Source of the DNA: Octopus sinensis
Lineage: Eukaryota
DNA length: 64,000 nt
Direction: 5' to 3'
Assembly: GCF_006345805.1 (NCBI RefSeq)
Contig: NC_043007.1
Span: forward strand, 42,656,001-42,720,000
Below the pieces are notes generated by a model that saw only the letters and a list, made by a program, of their open reading frames with translations, made no database searches and was not told the origin of the DNA. Position numbers and translations under genes: made by a program. This document shows, in pieces, positions 1-12,034 of this stretch; position 1 is the first letter of the stretch; each line of letters opens with the position of its first letter.

Positions 1-630
1 CAGCTACTCAACAGCTATGGTTATGGTGTGTCCATATTCAAAGTTTACATCTCTAGACTGGAACCCCCATCTAGTTCAGAATACTGAGCTGCTGGAAGAT
101 GTCCAGAAAACTACAACTACACAAATACCCCCTGCCAGTCGCTTACCATATCTTGAATGTATTGCTTCTCTGGGCATTGACACTAAAGTTTTGACATCTT
201 GTAGATGACTCAATAGAAGCCCACAAGATTATTTCCTATCTTTCCAACAACTTCAGCCACTTTTTTTTAATTCAATAACTCTACAGTCATGGACATGCTT
301 ATAAGATCAAAAATATTCACAGTACTCTTGTCTTTCGGTAATATATTTTCAAGCTCAGAATTGACAAAGCACAGAATACATTACTCATATCAGTTATTAG
401 CTGTCAGGATACTGCATCTTTCAAAATTTCTATACTTCCTTACATAAACTCCATGCACCCTTTCCTCTTTATGGTTCTTTTATTGTTCCCTTTTCCATTT
501 TCCTGTGTATTATTCTATATACTATGTATATACTTCTAGCTTTCATTGCTGTCTTTCTTTACTTGAATTATGGTTACTTTCCAGGGAATTATAGTGCACC
601 TGATCATTGTATACAATCAAACTATTAATA
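1..630 (+). mobile_element. Decayed CR1/L2-type LINE 3' end
   Basis: ORF 17-208 (DWNPHLVQNTELLEDVQK...RLPYLECIASLGI) resembles the post-RT segment of CR1/L2 ORF2. The tail gtgcacctgatcattgtatacaat (~594-620) resembles the tail of the 6340-6760 copy. Confidence 0.5.
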
Positions 631-775
631 TTATTGAGCTCAGATTCTGCCAAGGTTGACTTTGCCTTTCATCATTTCAGGCTCAATAAAATAAGTACCA
701 GTTGAGCACTGGGGTTCATGTTTTCAATTAGTCCCCTCCCCCATTATTTCATGACTTGTACCTATAGAAAAGAGG

Positions 776-809
<34 letters not shown>

Positions 810-849
810 CATTATTATTATTATTATTATATTATTATTATTATTATTG

Positions 850-1405
850 AGTGAGAGAGCAGTGCATGCCATGAAAGTTACACTGGGGTAAAATATACGA
901 AGCCCAGTATACCCATCATGACTACCCGTCTCATAAGGGTACACCAGGCACATACATCACAACCATATGTGCGCGACATGGTGATCTCATATCAAGATAA
1001 ACAGTGCATGACCTTGCAGGTGGGGCCGCCCAGTTAGAATTTTCTTCCGGTCGAGTAGCCCATCCCGCTCAAAAGGTCCCTGAATAAGGATTGTTTAAGG
1101 ATGTTGAACAAACCACCCATGTTTCCAAAGGTGAATTATCCAAACCTCTAAGAATTCCTTTCAACACACGGCTATGATGCTCCCCCACTACTTCTGCTTG
1201 TGATCAGAGATGCACATATCATCAGCCACTAAGGAACATGGTCAACTGGTTACAGTCAAACAACTGACAAGCACATCTGTGGTATTGAGCAGAATATTTG
1301 CTGTAGCTCATCTTTTATACCAAGACAAAACAATGTACATGATAACACTTCCAATCAGTTAAGATCAACAGCCATGTGAGCCACTGCCTGTTACTGCATC
1401 AGGGC

Positions 1406-1410
<5 letters not shown>
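850..1410. repeat. Dispersed repeat (~560 bp) bounded by (TTA)n on both sides
   Basis: (TTA)n at 778-849 and 1409-1446. An internal segment (ggctatgatgctccc...cagccactaagg) recurs inside the MITEs at ~38770-38920 and ~56020-56170. Confidence 0.5.
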
Positions 1411-1447
<37 letters not shown>

Positions 1448-1854
1448 CATCATCACTGATTTAAAACAGATCCTCAGCATATTTTGAACCAATGAAGAAC
1501 TCCTTCAGCAGGTGCTCAACCTGCAGGAAATAGCAACCATATTTCCCTCAAATAGTGCCTGGTGTCTTGAAAAAAGAGACATTGACACTATATTTCCAGA
1601 TATACATAGAGATGGGATAGCCAAGGTAAAAGGCCTTTGATCATAGGTTTACTCAATCAGGACTAATCTTGGATTAGACACCAGTTAACAACTAGTATAT
1701 ATGTATGTACACACACACACACCCACACATACACGTACACATACATACACACACACATACATAGACACATACATACACACACACATACACATACATGTAT
1801 ATATGTATATACATATACATTATATATAAATATACATACATATACAAATACATG

Positions 1855-2232
1855 GCACTCCATTGGTTGCAATGACGAGGGTCCCAGTTGATCCAATCAA
1901 CAGAACAGCCTGCTCATGAAATTAACATGCAAGTGGCTGAGCACTCCACAGACACGTGTACCCTTAATGTAGTTCTTGGGGAGATTCACCATGACACAGA
2001 GTGTGACAAGGCTGGCCCCTTTGAAATACAGCTACAACAACAACTGGAAGAAAGAGTGAGAGAAAGTTGTGGTGAAAGAGTACAGCAGGGTTTACCACCA
2101 ACCCCCTGCCAGAGCCTCGTGGAGCTTTAGATGTTTTTGCTCAATAAACACTTACAACGCCCGGTCTGGGAATTGAAACTGCCAACCTACAACTGCAAGT
2201 CTGCTGCAATAACCACAGAGCCATTGTGCCTC
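1855..2232 (-). mobile_element. tRNA-derived SINE
   Basis: Decayed tRNA-like head at ~2160-2232 on -. The body is shared with copies at 11726-12034, 19021-19320 and 30378-30700. Confidence 0.65.
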
Positions 2233-2359
2233 CACATATACAAATATATATATATCTAGATAAACAGATGGACAGACAGACAGACAGATCCACATCATCC
2301 TGATCATCATCATTTAATGTCTGTTTTCCATGCTGGCATATATATATATATACTCTTTT

Positions 2360-2722
2360 ACTCTCTCTTTTTATTTGTGTCAGTCATTTGACTGTGGCCA
2401 TGCTGGAGTACCACCTTTAGTCGACCAAATCAACCCTAGGACTTATTCTTTGTAAGCCTAGTACTTATTCTATCAGTCTCTTTTGCCAAACTGCTAAGTT
2501 ACGGGGATGTAAACACACCAGCATCGGTTGTCAAGCAATGTTGGGGTGAACAAACACAGACACACAAACATACCCACACATACATATATGCGATGGGCTT
2601 CTTTCAGTTTTCATCTACCAAATCTACTCACAAGGCTTTAGTCAGTCTGAGGCTATAGTGAGACTGAACCCGGAACCATGTGGTTCGTTAGCAAGCTACT
2701 TATCACACAGCCACTCGTACAC
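2360..2722 (-). mobile_element. tRNA-derived SINE (second abundant family)
   Basis: Head gtggctgtgtgataagtagcttgc...ggttccgggttcagt on -. Many copies in the window (e.g. ~15730, 25895, 30200, 43215-43700, 48750, 59870, 63455). Confidence 0.65.
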
Positions 2723-2818
2723 CTATATATACATATATATATATAAACATACCGGAGTAAACACATAAATGTGAAACAAGGTGGAAAAAAAGAGTACTCA
2801 AATACCAGGGGTAGAGTA

Positions 2819-2954
2819 ATATGCTTTATTTAAAAGCAGCAGAAATTCAACAAAACCTGTTACTCGGACAGTTAACTGTCCAACGACAAACGGGAACGGG
2901 AAACTCCGAGTAACAGGTTTTGTTGAATTTCTGCTGCTTTTAAATAAAGTATAT
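2819..2954. repeat. Inverted repeat with 50-bp arms (2819-2868 / 2905-2954), probably head-to-head Penelope-like terminal repeats
   Basis: Arms differ at 1 of 50 positions. A perfect 16-bp palindrome GGACAGTT|AACTGTCC is centred at 2873/2874. The module sits in (TA)n. Confidence 0.85.
2874..2919 (+). ncRNA. Decayed minimal type I hammerhead ribozyme-like motif
   Basis: CTGT-[CCAACGA]-caaaCG(GGAA)CGg-GAAA-CTC(C)GAG-TA-ACAG. Stem I, GAAA, stem III and the UH site are in the correct order. The core has 2 mismatches to CUGANGA, including G5A. Confidence 0.4.
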
Positions 2955-2957
2955 ACA

Positions 2958-2991
<34 letters not shown>

Positions 2992-3149
2992 ACACATATT
3001 CATAAATATGTATGTATGCATGCATGTGTGTATGTAGATTGATAGATACATTAGAACAAAGACAGAGATACAGACAGACAGGCAAGAGGCAGACAAACAG
3101 ACAGATCAGAGGAGGAGGAGTGAAGACAGCTCGGCATTCAGAAGATTGA

Positions 3150-3620
3150 CAGAGTAATTGTGAAGCAACAAGTCAAGTACATGGCAGTCTAATTAAAGTG
3201 CAAAGTATACCGAGTTGTTAATATTATCCACCCTATTATATGAATTGGAGGTTTGGATGACATACAACAAAGTGGTAAAAATAATAAGCATTCATGTTGA
3301 GACATCTGAGGCTAATCATGAACATCTAATGGAAAGACAAGATCTAGAATAGGCTCATTTTTGAGAAAGCCAGGATCCCTGGCATGGAAGAGATATTGGT
3401 GTTGTGATACCCCCACTGGCTTAAGCACACACAAAGAATGAAGGAAATTCAGTTACCAAGATTCTACTCACAACTGTCAAGGTATACAAGAAATCAAGAT
3501 AGAAAACACCAACAACAACTAAGGTACAAGGACACAGTTGAAGAGATTGAAGACTGATATCCACAGCAGGACCATAGCAAAGAGACTAGTGGAAGGTATC
3601 AACTGCAAATTTTCATATGA
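3150..3620 (+). mobile_element. Highly decayed RTE LINE 3' remnant
   Basis: Fragments read as RTE C-terminal motifs (K..YRxxVxPxLLY.., RLPRFYSQL..G.R); multiple stops. Confidence 0.35.
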
Positions 3621-6339
3621 ACAGACATCATCAGCTATTGACCAATATTAAAAATATTGGCATAGAAAACAATTAGTAGAAACACTTGTTACTTGTAGAA
3701 TCTGAAAATAATAAAGCTTCAGCAATATGGGACATGACTAATACATAACACAACCTAATACTGAACAAAATGTCTTGTACTATTTAGCTATGTCTATTAA
3801 AGTTAAAATTTCACTGAGGTCAGCTTTGATGGTTGTCTTTTGGCAATCAATAAAATATGTACCAACCAAGTAGTGAGATTGATTTAATCAATTGTGCCCT
3901 GCCATAAACTGTATGGCTTGGCACCAAAGTTAAAAACAATTATTAATGCTGATAAAAACAGTTATTAATGTTAAAATACTTTGCAGTATTTAGTTAAACT
4001 CCATAACATTCTAAGTTCAAATTCCACCAGGGCTGGGCTGATTATCATTATTCTAGAACTACTAGAATAAACACCAGTCTTGAGTGCTATTTAAAAGATT
4101 TTTCCCTGCACCACAAAAATTTTAAACCTTATACTAATGTTAGAAACCATTATTAATGATGACATAAAGGCAGTGAGCTGACAGAAATGTTACCGTGCCG
4201 AAAAATGCTTAGTGTCATTTTCATGACTTTACATTTTAAGTTCTAATTCCACCAAAGTCAACTTTGCCTTTAATCCTTTTGGGGTCAATAATATTAGTAC
4301 TAATTGAACACTGAGATCAATGTAATTGACTTCTCCCCCCTTCCACTGCAAAATTGTGCCAAAATTTGAAACTATTATTAAAGATGGCATAAAGGTGGTG
4401 AACTGCCAGAAAAATATTACTTTGCTGGACACAAAATAAATACCTTGCAGTATTCGTTCCAGCTCTTTACATTCTGAGTTCAAATCCCACCAAGGTCAAA
4501 TTTGTTCTTTATCCTTCCAAGGTCAATAAAACACTATATCAATTGAGTTCTGGAATCAATTTCACCCTTTTGTTGCCATATTTCTAATGAAATACATTAA
4601 CTTTTGTTTCAAATTATTTTTAAAGTAATGAAGAATTTAGTAAAATAACTTTATCATGACTAAGCTGGTGTTTAGGACATTAATTAACATGAAATTTTCC
4701 AGGAAAGTTTTATTTAGATCACTTTAAAACAGAAAGTTTTATTATAGAACAAGGTGCTATTTCAGATAGGTCAGTATCAAAATGATTAATCAACTAAGCC
4801 CTACTCCCAAAATTTATGATCTTGTGCCTATGTTAGAAATGATTAAAGATGACATTTTTTTCAAATCCAGATGAAATATATTCCAGAAAGAGTTGGAAGA
4901 ACTGTCTACTCATAGAGATAATAAATACCTACAATGATGGAAATTAAATAACAGTAATAAAGATGGGTGGAGTTGTAAGTTAGTCAGGAGAGAAAGGACA
5001 ATATCCATAAGTTTTGCAAACCTTCCCAGACTAGTGACATTGACATGACTGATGCAGGAAAAAAATAGAGAGCAAAATTGTAAGGTCTCACAAGACTGCT
5101 TATAACAGGGTGAATTCTGCAAAAAAACATCCCACGGCAGTGTTAAACTGGTGTGTAAATTCTACTACCCAACAATGGTAATAAGTGAATCATAAGTGCA
5201 TCATACAGCTTCAAAACAAAATGGACATTTTTGATGAATCCTCACATAAAACTATTTGCTCAGTATGTGACCCAATGGACAGTATCTACATGATCATTAG
5301 ATGTACTAGAAATAACAGCAAAATTTCCCTTAAATAACATCCTAACATCTTAAAAGCAAGAGGACATCTTGAGTAATATAGCCTGAAAATATAACAAGAT
5401 GGTCGACTACGAGCTATTATTCCTTTTAGCATTTAGTTGAGAAGGTAAAGCAGTGCCCTTGATCATTTATTTTTCAATGTCTCCAGGATCCTGAAAAGAT
5501 AAAGGGTCATGAGTACTACTTTTGCAATTGAGAAAACTCTGCTAAAAGTACTCAAGGATCAGATGGTAGTGTTAAACCAAATGACGGACTAAGTCTACAA
5601 ACCAATAACTTAAAATGAAATAAATATCATAATGTTCTGACAGTTCTGTCAATCCCTAGATTGGGAGTCTATTTTATTGACTCAGAAAGGATGAAAAGCA
5701 AAGCTGACCTCAACAAGATTTAAACTCGGAGCAGAGAGATCCAGAGCAAATATTGTAAAACATTTTGTCCTACAGTCTAATGCACTGACTAATCGACAAC
5801 AGCGAAAACAACATTAGCAATACATTCACAGAGGGTAGAACTTTTTATTTCAGCAAACCTGATCTAATAAAACAAAAATATACAAGGCTGTGTGTATTTG
5901 CAACCACAGCATTTGGGATTCAGTCCCACTGTACAGGATCTTGGGCAAGTGTCTTCAACTATAGTCCTGGGCCAATCAATGCTTTGAGAGTGTATTTGGT
6001 AGACAGAAACTGTGTGGAAACCCATTGTAGATGTGTGTGTGTGTGTGCGCGTGTGTGCACATGCATATGTGTGTGTATGCATGCACACATGTGTGAGTGT
6101 GTGTGTGCACACATGCATATATGTGTGTGTTTGTGTGTATATATGTATTTTAGTGCAGCTCTCCAGCTTGCCACCTCTGGTCAAACCGATGCCAGCATGA
6201 AAATGGACATTAAAGGATGATGATGATAGTGATGTGTCTGAGTTTGTGTTTTCTCTCCACTTCATCTACTTGACAATCAGTGTTGGTTTGTTTTCATCCC
6301 TCAACTTAGTGATTAAACAAAAAAAAATAGATAGATTAG

Positions 6340-6750
6340 GTACCAGATTTTAAACTCCGACATCTGGCAGCTGACTTGGCAGACACCCATAAAATTATTA
6401 ACCCTCTTACAAACAATAACTCTGAGCACCTTTTCAAACTCCACCCGTCTAACACCCGTGGACATATTTACAAAGTCAGTAAACAGCACAGCTCCCATGA
6501 CTTTAGGAAACATTTTTACACACTGAGAGTTGCTGAAGCATGGAACAAACTGCCGGCATCAGTTGTTAGTTGTCGGAGCACTGCATCCTTCAAAACTTCC
6601 ATGCTTTCTGAGATTCGCCAACACTACACCTGATTTTCTCCCCTCCATACACACACAAGCATGTATCTGACTCATACATTGTTCGCTTTCCAGACTTTAT
6701 ATGCACTTTCTGACAAGTTGTGGTGCACCTGTGCACTGTATACAATAATT

Positions 6751-6760
<10 letters not shown>
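6340..6760 (+). mobile_element. CR1/L2-type LINE 3' end with (TTA)n tail
   Basis: ORF 6376-6633 (TRGHIYKVSKQ...RKHFYTLRVAEAWNKLPASVV) matches the characteristic CR1/L2 ORF2 C-terminus; 3'UTR and (TTA)n follow. Confidence 0.75.
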
Positions 6761-6802
<42 letters not shown>

Positions 6803-7289
6803 AAAAATAAGCACTGGGCTCAATTGTTCAGCTAAACCTTCCAGAACAGTGCCTCAGCATAACAGCAGTTCAATGACTCAAACAAATAAAAGACAAAAAA
6901 TAAATACTTGACACCAGGATGCTTTCCACTCCTTCTATGCCAAAATACATGGAAAATTGAATTATCTGACACAGTACACAATACTTTCATAATAGAAATC
7001 ACAGACATTACAATGTTGGGATTTCTATAATAAAAGTACATGCATAAAGAAAGACATGTACAATAAAAACAATAAAATGAAATACATAACATAAGGAAGA
7101 AAGAGCAAAGTAGTGTATACCTGCAGCTCACTGATATAAGAAAAGTACTGAGTAAAAATATTGTGTAAATACATGCTATGTAAATATACTGTGACTTTTG
7201 ATAACAACAAAGCATGCAATCTCATGGCCAGGAGTCCAGAGGGAGCTTAGCATTACCTCTAGTCAGTCATCCTGTATCATAATATTCAT

Positions 7290-7650
7290 GATGAGGATGA
7301 GGTGGTGGTGGTGGTGGTGATGATGTTGGAGTGATGCAGTAAGTAGAGTAACAGTTGTGGGGGTAGTGCCAATAATACTGGTGATGATGATGATGATGAT
7401 GAGGAGGGGGAGGGGGAAGAATGATGGGGAAAGGTGATGTTGGTAATGGTTGATAATGCTGTTGGAGCTGATGATGATGATAATGATCATAATGCAGGAA
7501 GGTGTTGGGGATGATGATGGTGGTGGTGGTGGTAGAGGAGGAGGGTAATGGAGAAGAAGATGATGATGATGACAATGTCACAATAACAATAAAAATGATG
7601 ATGGTGGTGATGGTGGTGGCGACAATGTTTCCCACCACCACCACCACTAT
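7290..7650. repeat. (GAT)n/(GGT)n low-complexity tract
   Basis: Interrupted trinucleotide arrays; source of the spurious His/Ile/Val-rich ORFs. Confidence 0.9.
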
Positions 7651-8589
7651 TGGTCTCAAGAGAAATACAAGTACACAAACAACACCCACAGCACACACAC
7701 GTAATAGGCACATAAAAATATGAAGTCAATGATGAAAGAGATGTTTACTTTGGTTGTCATGGTAATCCTTGAATGGTTTGTCAGTCAGTGCTGGATGAGC
7801 TGTGGATACAAAACAATGTTATAGCTTGGCTTACTGCAACAGGAAACAGGAAATCGTTGACTGGCCTCACTCACGCCAGTTCTCTATTTAATTCTGCTCT
7901 CCACCACCAAGTTGCTTACGCCACCATCACCATCTCTCTATCTTTTTCCCTCTTTCTTTCTCTCTCTCTCTCTCTCTCCTTCTTCTCCTACTCCTACTCC
8001 TCCTCCCTCTACCACCCCTCATCTCTCACTCTGCTAGTCAAACTCTGTTTATCAATTTATCTATGTAGATATGTAGCTGTCTATCTGTCCATTTAACTGT
8101 CTGTCTATTCATCAGTCAAATCAATCAATCAAACAATCAAACAATAATCAATCATTCTGTCTATTTACTTACCTAACTATTCGTCTGTTCATCTAGCTGC
8201 CTGTCTATCCATATCCAACCAATTCAAGATGGAAAAATAGACATAGGAATATAATGATGATTATGAAATTTTTATTATACATATATACTAATGGGACCTC
8301 TGGAAATACCACACAACAAAAAAGATTAAGAGAAGCTATTAAAGAGAGAAAGGATTATTTCTATTTCTATTTTGCTATGTTAGTTTACTTCCAGTCACGG
8401 TAATACATTACATGATTTTAAAATTTCACTCTATTAAATACTTTATATTTATCTCTTTCTCTCTACCTCTTCAACAAACTTTTTAACTATGTAATTACCT
8501 GCTTCGTGTCTTCAACATTTCTCTCTTTCTCTTCACCTTTCACTGCCATTAACCACTTGAGTGACAGCATATATGCATCAGCTGGCTAA

Positions 8590-9274
8590 CTGCTCTTTCA
8601 CTCACTCTCACATTCCCTCTCCCTCTCTCTTTCACTCCATCTCTTCCTTCTTTCTAACAAACTAAAACATAGATTATGAACAAGCAGGTAGAAGAATAAT
8701 ATTATAGATTTAGTTCAATAAAAAAATACTTTTTACTATCAACATACCACCACCACCACTACTATCATCATCATTATAGTTTTCAGTAACAAAGCCCATT
8801 TCATTTTAGTTCAGCTGTTTGTTTCTGTCTTTTTCTTCCTGTCCATGTATCTCTATTCTGATAATACAAACGCTATCTGCCTCTCTTTCTCTCTCTCTCC
8901 TTCTCTCCTCTTTCACTCTCTCTCTCTCTCTCTCATTGTAATGCCTCCCCTATCCATCTCTCTCTATCTACCTTTCTTTAACCCCACCACCAGAACATCA
9001 CCCTCTGCTGAATATTATTTCCTAAACATATCTCTTTTTCTTAACTTTTACCTCCCCATAATACAACACATTGTTAACACTTCTCTCTCACTCTTTTCTC
9101 TCACTGTCTTTTTCACTTGCTCTTTGCCTCTCCCTTCAACTAACCATGCAATACGTTTCTCACTTCTTTTTTCTCTACTAACATCCTACCCCTCCCTCTC
9201 TCTCACTTTTACTCACCCCTCACTCACTCCACCTCCATCTAGCTAAAGTATAAGGGTGAATGAACAAGTAGATT

Positions 9275-9322
<48 letters not shown>

Positions 9323-9360
9323 TAGAGAGAGAGAGAGAGAGAGATGGGGGGAAGAGGAAG
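8590..9360. repeat. CT-rich polypyrimidine region ending in (TA)n(GA)n
   Basis: Long (CT)n-rich stretches at 8590-8660 and 8880-9240; microsatellites at 9278-9345. Confidence 0.8.
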
Positions 9361-9549
9361 AGAGCAAGACAGACAGACAGATGCATTATATAGATATTGT
9401 GTGTGTGTGTTTTATCAAAACCAAGGTGTGATCCATTACATCTTTTTGTATGCACTCTTACATGTGTTCAAAATTATTCCCTCAACTAAAAGAAAAGGAC
9501 ATAAGATAAATGCGGAATGAATGAATGAATGAATGAATGTGTGTATGTT

Positions 9550-10826
9550 CAAGGTGTATTCCAGAAGGTTTGATACTTTTTCAGGAGAGACATTTATTAA
9601 TTTCAAAGAAGTACGAAACCCTAATTTCCTTATCCTCTGACTTCAATGCTCTTTTTGAAGTCCTCCAAAGGGAAGATGTCCAGGACCCTTGACACAGTCC
9701 CCTTCACCTTTTCAATATCCTCAATACACTTACCCCTGAAGTTTTCCTTCAGCTTGGAGAACAACTAAAAGTCAAAGGGAACAAGGTGTAGAGTGTAGGG
9801 AGGGTGAAGAAAAGTTTTGATACCCATCTCTGTCAAGTAGTTGGTTACCAGGATGGAATTGTGGACTGCTGTATTGCCCTGATGAAGTGCCATTGACCCA
9901 AGTGGAAGAGCTCTGACAGTTTGAGACAAAATTTCTTCCTGAACTCCCTCAAAATCTACACAACGTACTCTTTGTTGAACTTCTGGCCAGAAGGAACCCA
10001 ATAGATATAGATATAGATAATGCTGTCAAAAAGGGAATTGTCATGAACTTCCCAGTGGACTTGCTTTGCTGAGCCTTCTTGAGTTTGGAGGAGCCTGGAT
10101 GCTTCTACTGGCCATCTGTCCCTTGGTCTCTGGATTATAACAGTAAATACAGCTTTTATCACAGGTTACCCAAGTCTCCAGAACACTTGGATAGGAGGTA
10201 ATGAGCTCAACCATCTCCCTGCTGTCACCAACACGTCTTTCCTTCTGTTTGTCACTGAGCACCTGGGAACAAATTTTTCCCAAATTTTGAGCATATTCAC
10301 ACCAACTCAAAACTGCATGCTTATTGTCTTCATAGACTCACAGCATTTTTCATGCAGCAAACTGCAAATTTTCTCAACCAGCTTTGATGTTCATACTCCT
10401 TCCAATACCTCTTCTTCCTATGCCTTTCATTGTCTCTCACCTCTTCTCTATCATCCTTGGATTTCTTGTGCCAGTGAAAAACAGGTGCTCAGCTCATACA
10501 TGTTAATCCATAAAAAGTCTGGAGCATTTCATAGTTTTCTATAACATTTTTGCTCAGTTTAACACAAAACTTTATTGCATAGCACACTTCTAAATTGTCT
10601 TCATGTCCCAACTGCATTCTGCAAGCCTTCAGCTATGACAAGTAATGTTTAGTAGGGTGTTTTCAAAGTGCTGTTAAAAACCATCTCCTTCAATCTTGAA
10701 TGAAAAAAAAAAGCTGGTAGGTCAAGTTATTAGACATATCATAATGATAAACTAAAATTACAATAATCTAGAACAGTTATAACTGCTTCTCTTAAAAAGG
10801 TCTCAAAACTTCTGGAATGCACCTTG
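9550..10826 (-). mobile_element. Full-length but decayed mariner transposon (~1.28 kb) with both TIRs
   Basis: TIRs of ~46 bp: caaggtgtattccagaaggtttgatac.. at 9550 vs rc caaggtgcattccagaagttttgagac.. at 10826, with TA on the right flank. Transposase fragments VTCDKSCIYCYNPETK and HQGNTAVH...HPPYTLHLVPFDF match mariner VTGDETW.YDPETK, HHDNA and HPPYSPDLAP.D. Frameshifted. Confidence 0.85.
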
Positions 10827-10999
10827 TATGTATGTATGTATGTACGTATGTATGTATGTATGTATGTGTGTGTATGTATGTATGTGTGTATGTGTGTGTG
10901 TACGTATGTATGTATGTATGTGTGGAGGGGGGTATGTATGTCATACAACATATCATAGTATACAGTACAAGATTGGGTTTAGTTGACACTTTTGATTAT

Positions 11000-11640
11000 C
11001 TAGGCAGCATGTAGTCAAGAGATGGCTTCCTAGATACAGAAATGCAGCTACACATTCAGAAAGCATTTGTAGCACTTGAGAACTTGAAAAGAGACTCTGA
11101 GTAAATTGCAGCATCACCAACAAGACCAAGCTAAGCATTTACAAAGCTTGCATACTAACAGCTCTATTGTTGTCTTCTAGAGCATGGACAGTACACTGCA
11201 GGCATCTCAAGCTACTTGAACACTTTCATCAAAAATGACTGAGACACTCAGCATCATGTGGCAAAGTACAACACTGACACAGAAGTACAACACAGACAGG
11301 ATGTACAAGCATCTAATCATTTGTCATATGCCTTGGGCAGGCGATGTAGCGCATACAGCTGATAATAAAATTCCAAAACAACTGTTCTATGGTGAGTTGT
11401 ACAATGGAAAGCATCCTCAGCACAAACCAGAAAAATAGTACAAAGATTACATGAAAGGCAATCTAAGGAAACTACAAAATCAATGTGAAGCACTGGGGAG
11501 AACTACTTCCTAAAAGAGCTGAGTGGAGAAAGCATATAAGGGAAGGTTGTAAAACTATTGAAGAGGGTCCTTGTGAGCACAAAAGACTAAAATGCTAACT
11601 TCAGGAGAACTATCATCAGAACCTCAATGAAGACATAAAG
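11000..11640 (+). mobile_element. RTE (BovB-like) LINE 3' remnant
   Basis: Reads TKLSIYKACILTALL, HLKLLEHFHQK, IPKQLFYGELYNGKHPQHKP, typical RTE C-terminal motifs; disrupted. Confidence 0.7.
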
Positions 11641-11725
11641 ATGTGAAATGTGTGGCCATGCAGTCCTTTCTGAAGTCCCATGAAAACTCAACTATATGCA
11701 ACACCCTTCCTCCTAGACTGTATGT

Positions 11726-12034
11726 CACCGTGATCACCGTGATCGACCAGGCTACCAGATGTTGCTACACATCGCTGGTCACAATGTGCTTCACATTGTT
11801 TTAGCCTTCAAATGATGCCACCCCGCTGGCTAAGTGAGCAGGCCAACAGAAGAAAGAGTGAGAGAAAGTTGTAGCGAAAGAGTAGAGCAGGGATCGCCAC
11901 CATCCCCTGTCGGAGCCTCGTGGAGCTTTAGGTGTTTTCGCTCAATAAGCACTCACAACGCCTGGTCTGGGAATCGAAACTGCGATCCTACAACCGCGAG
12001 TCCGCTGCCCTAACCACTGGGCCACTGCGCCTCC
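11726..12034 (-). mobile_element. Complete tRNA-derived SINE with 11-bp TSD
   Basis: A box TGGCCCAGTGG and B box GTTTCGATTCC; short gtgatcacg tail repeats; TSD agactgtatgt at 11715-11725 and 12035-12045. Confidence 0.8.

Noticed and set aside
11960-12034. tRNA-like sequences (also ~13998, 19250, 24983, 30630)
   Set aside because: A and B boxes are present, but there is no complete cloverleaf and each continues into a shared SINE body; these are SINE heads, not tRNA genes.
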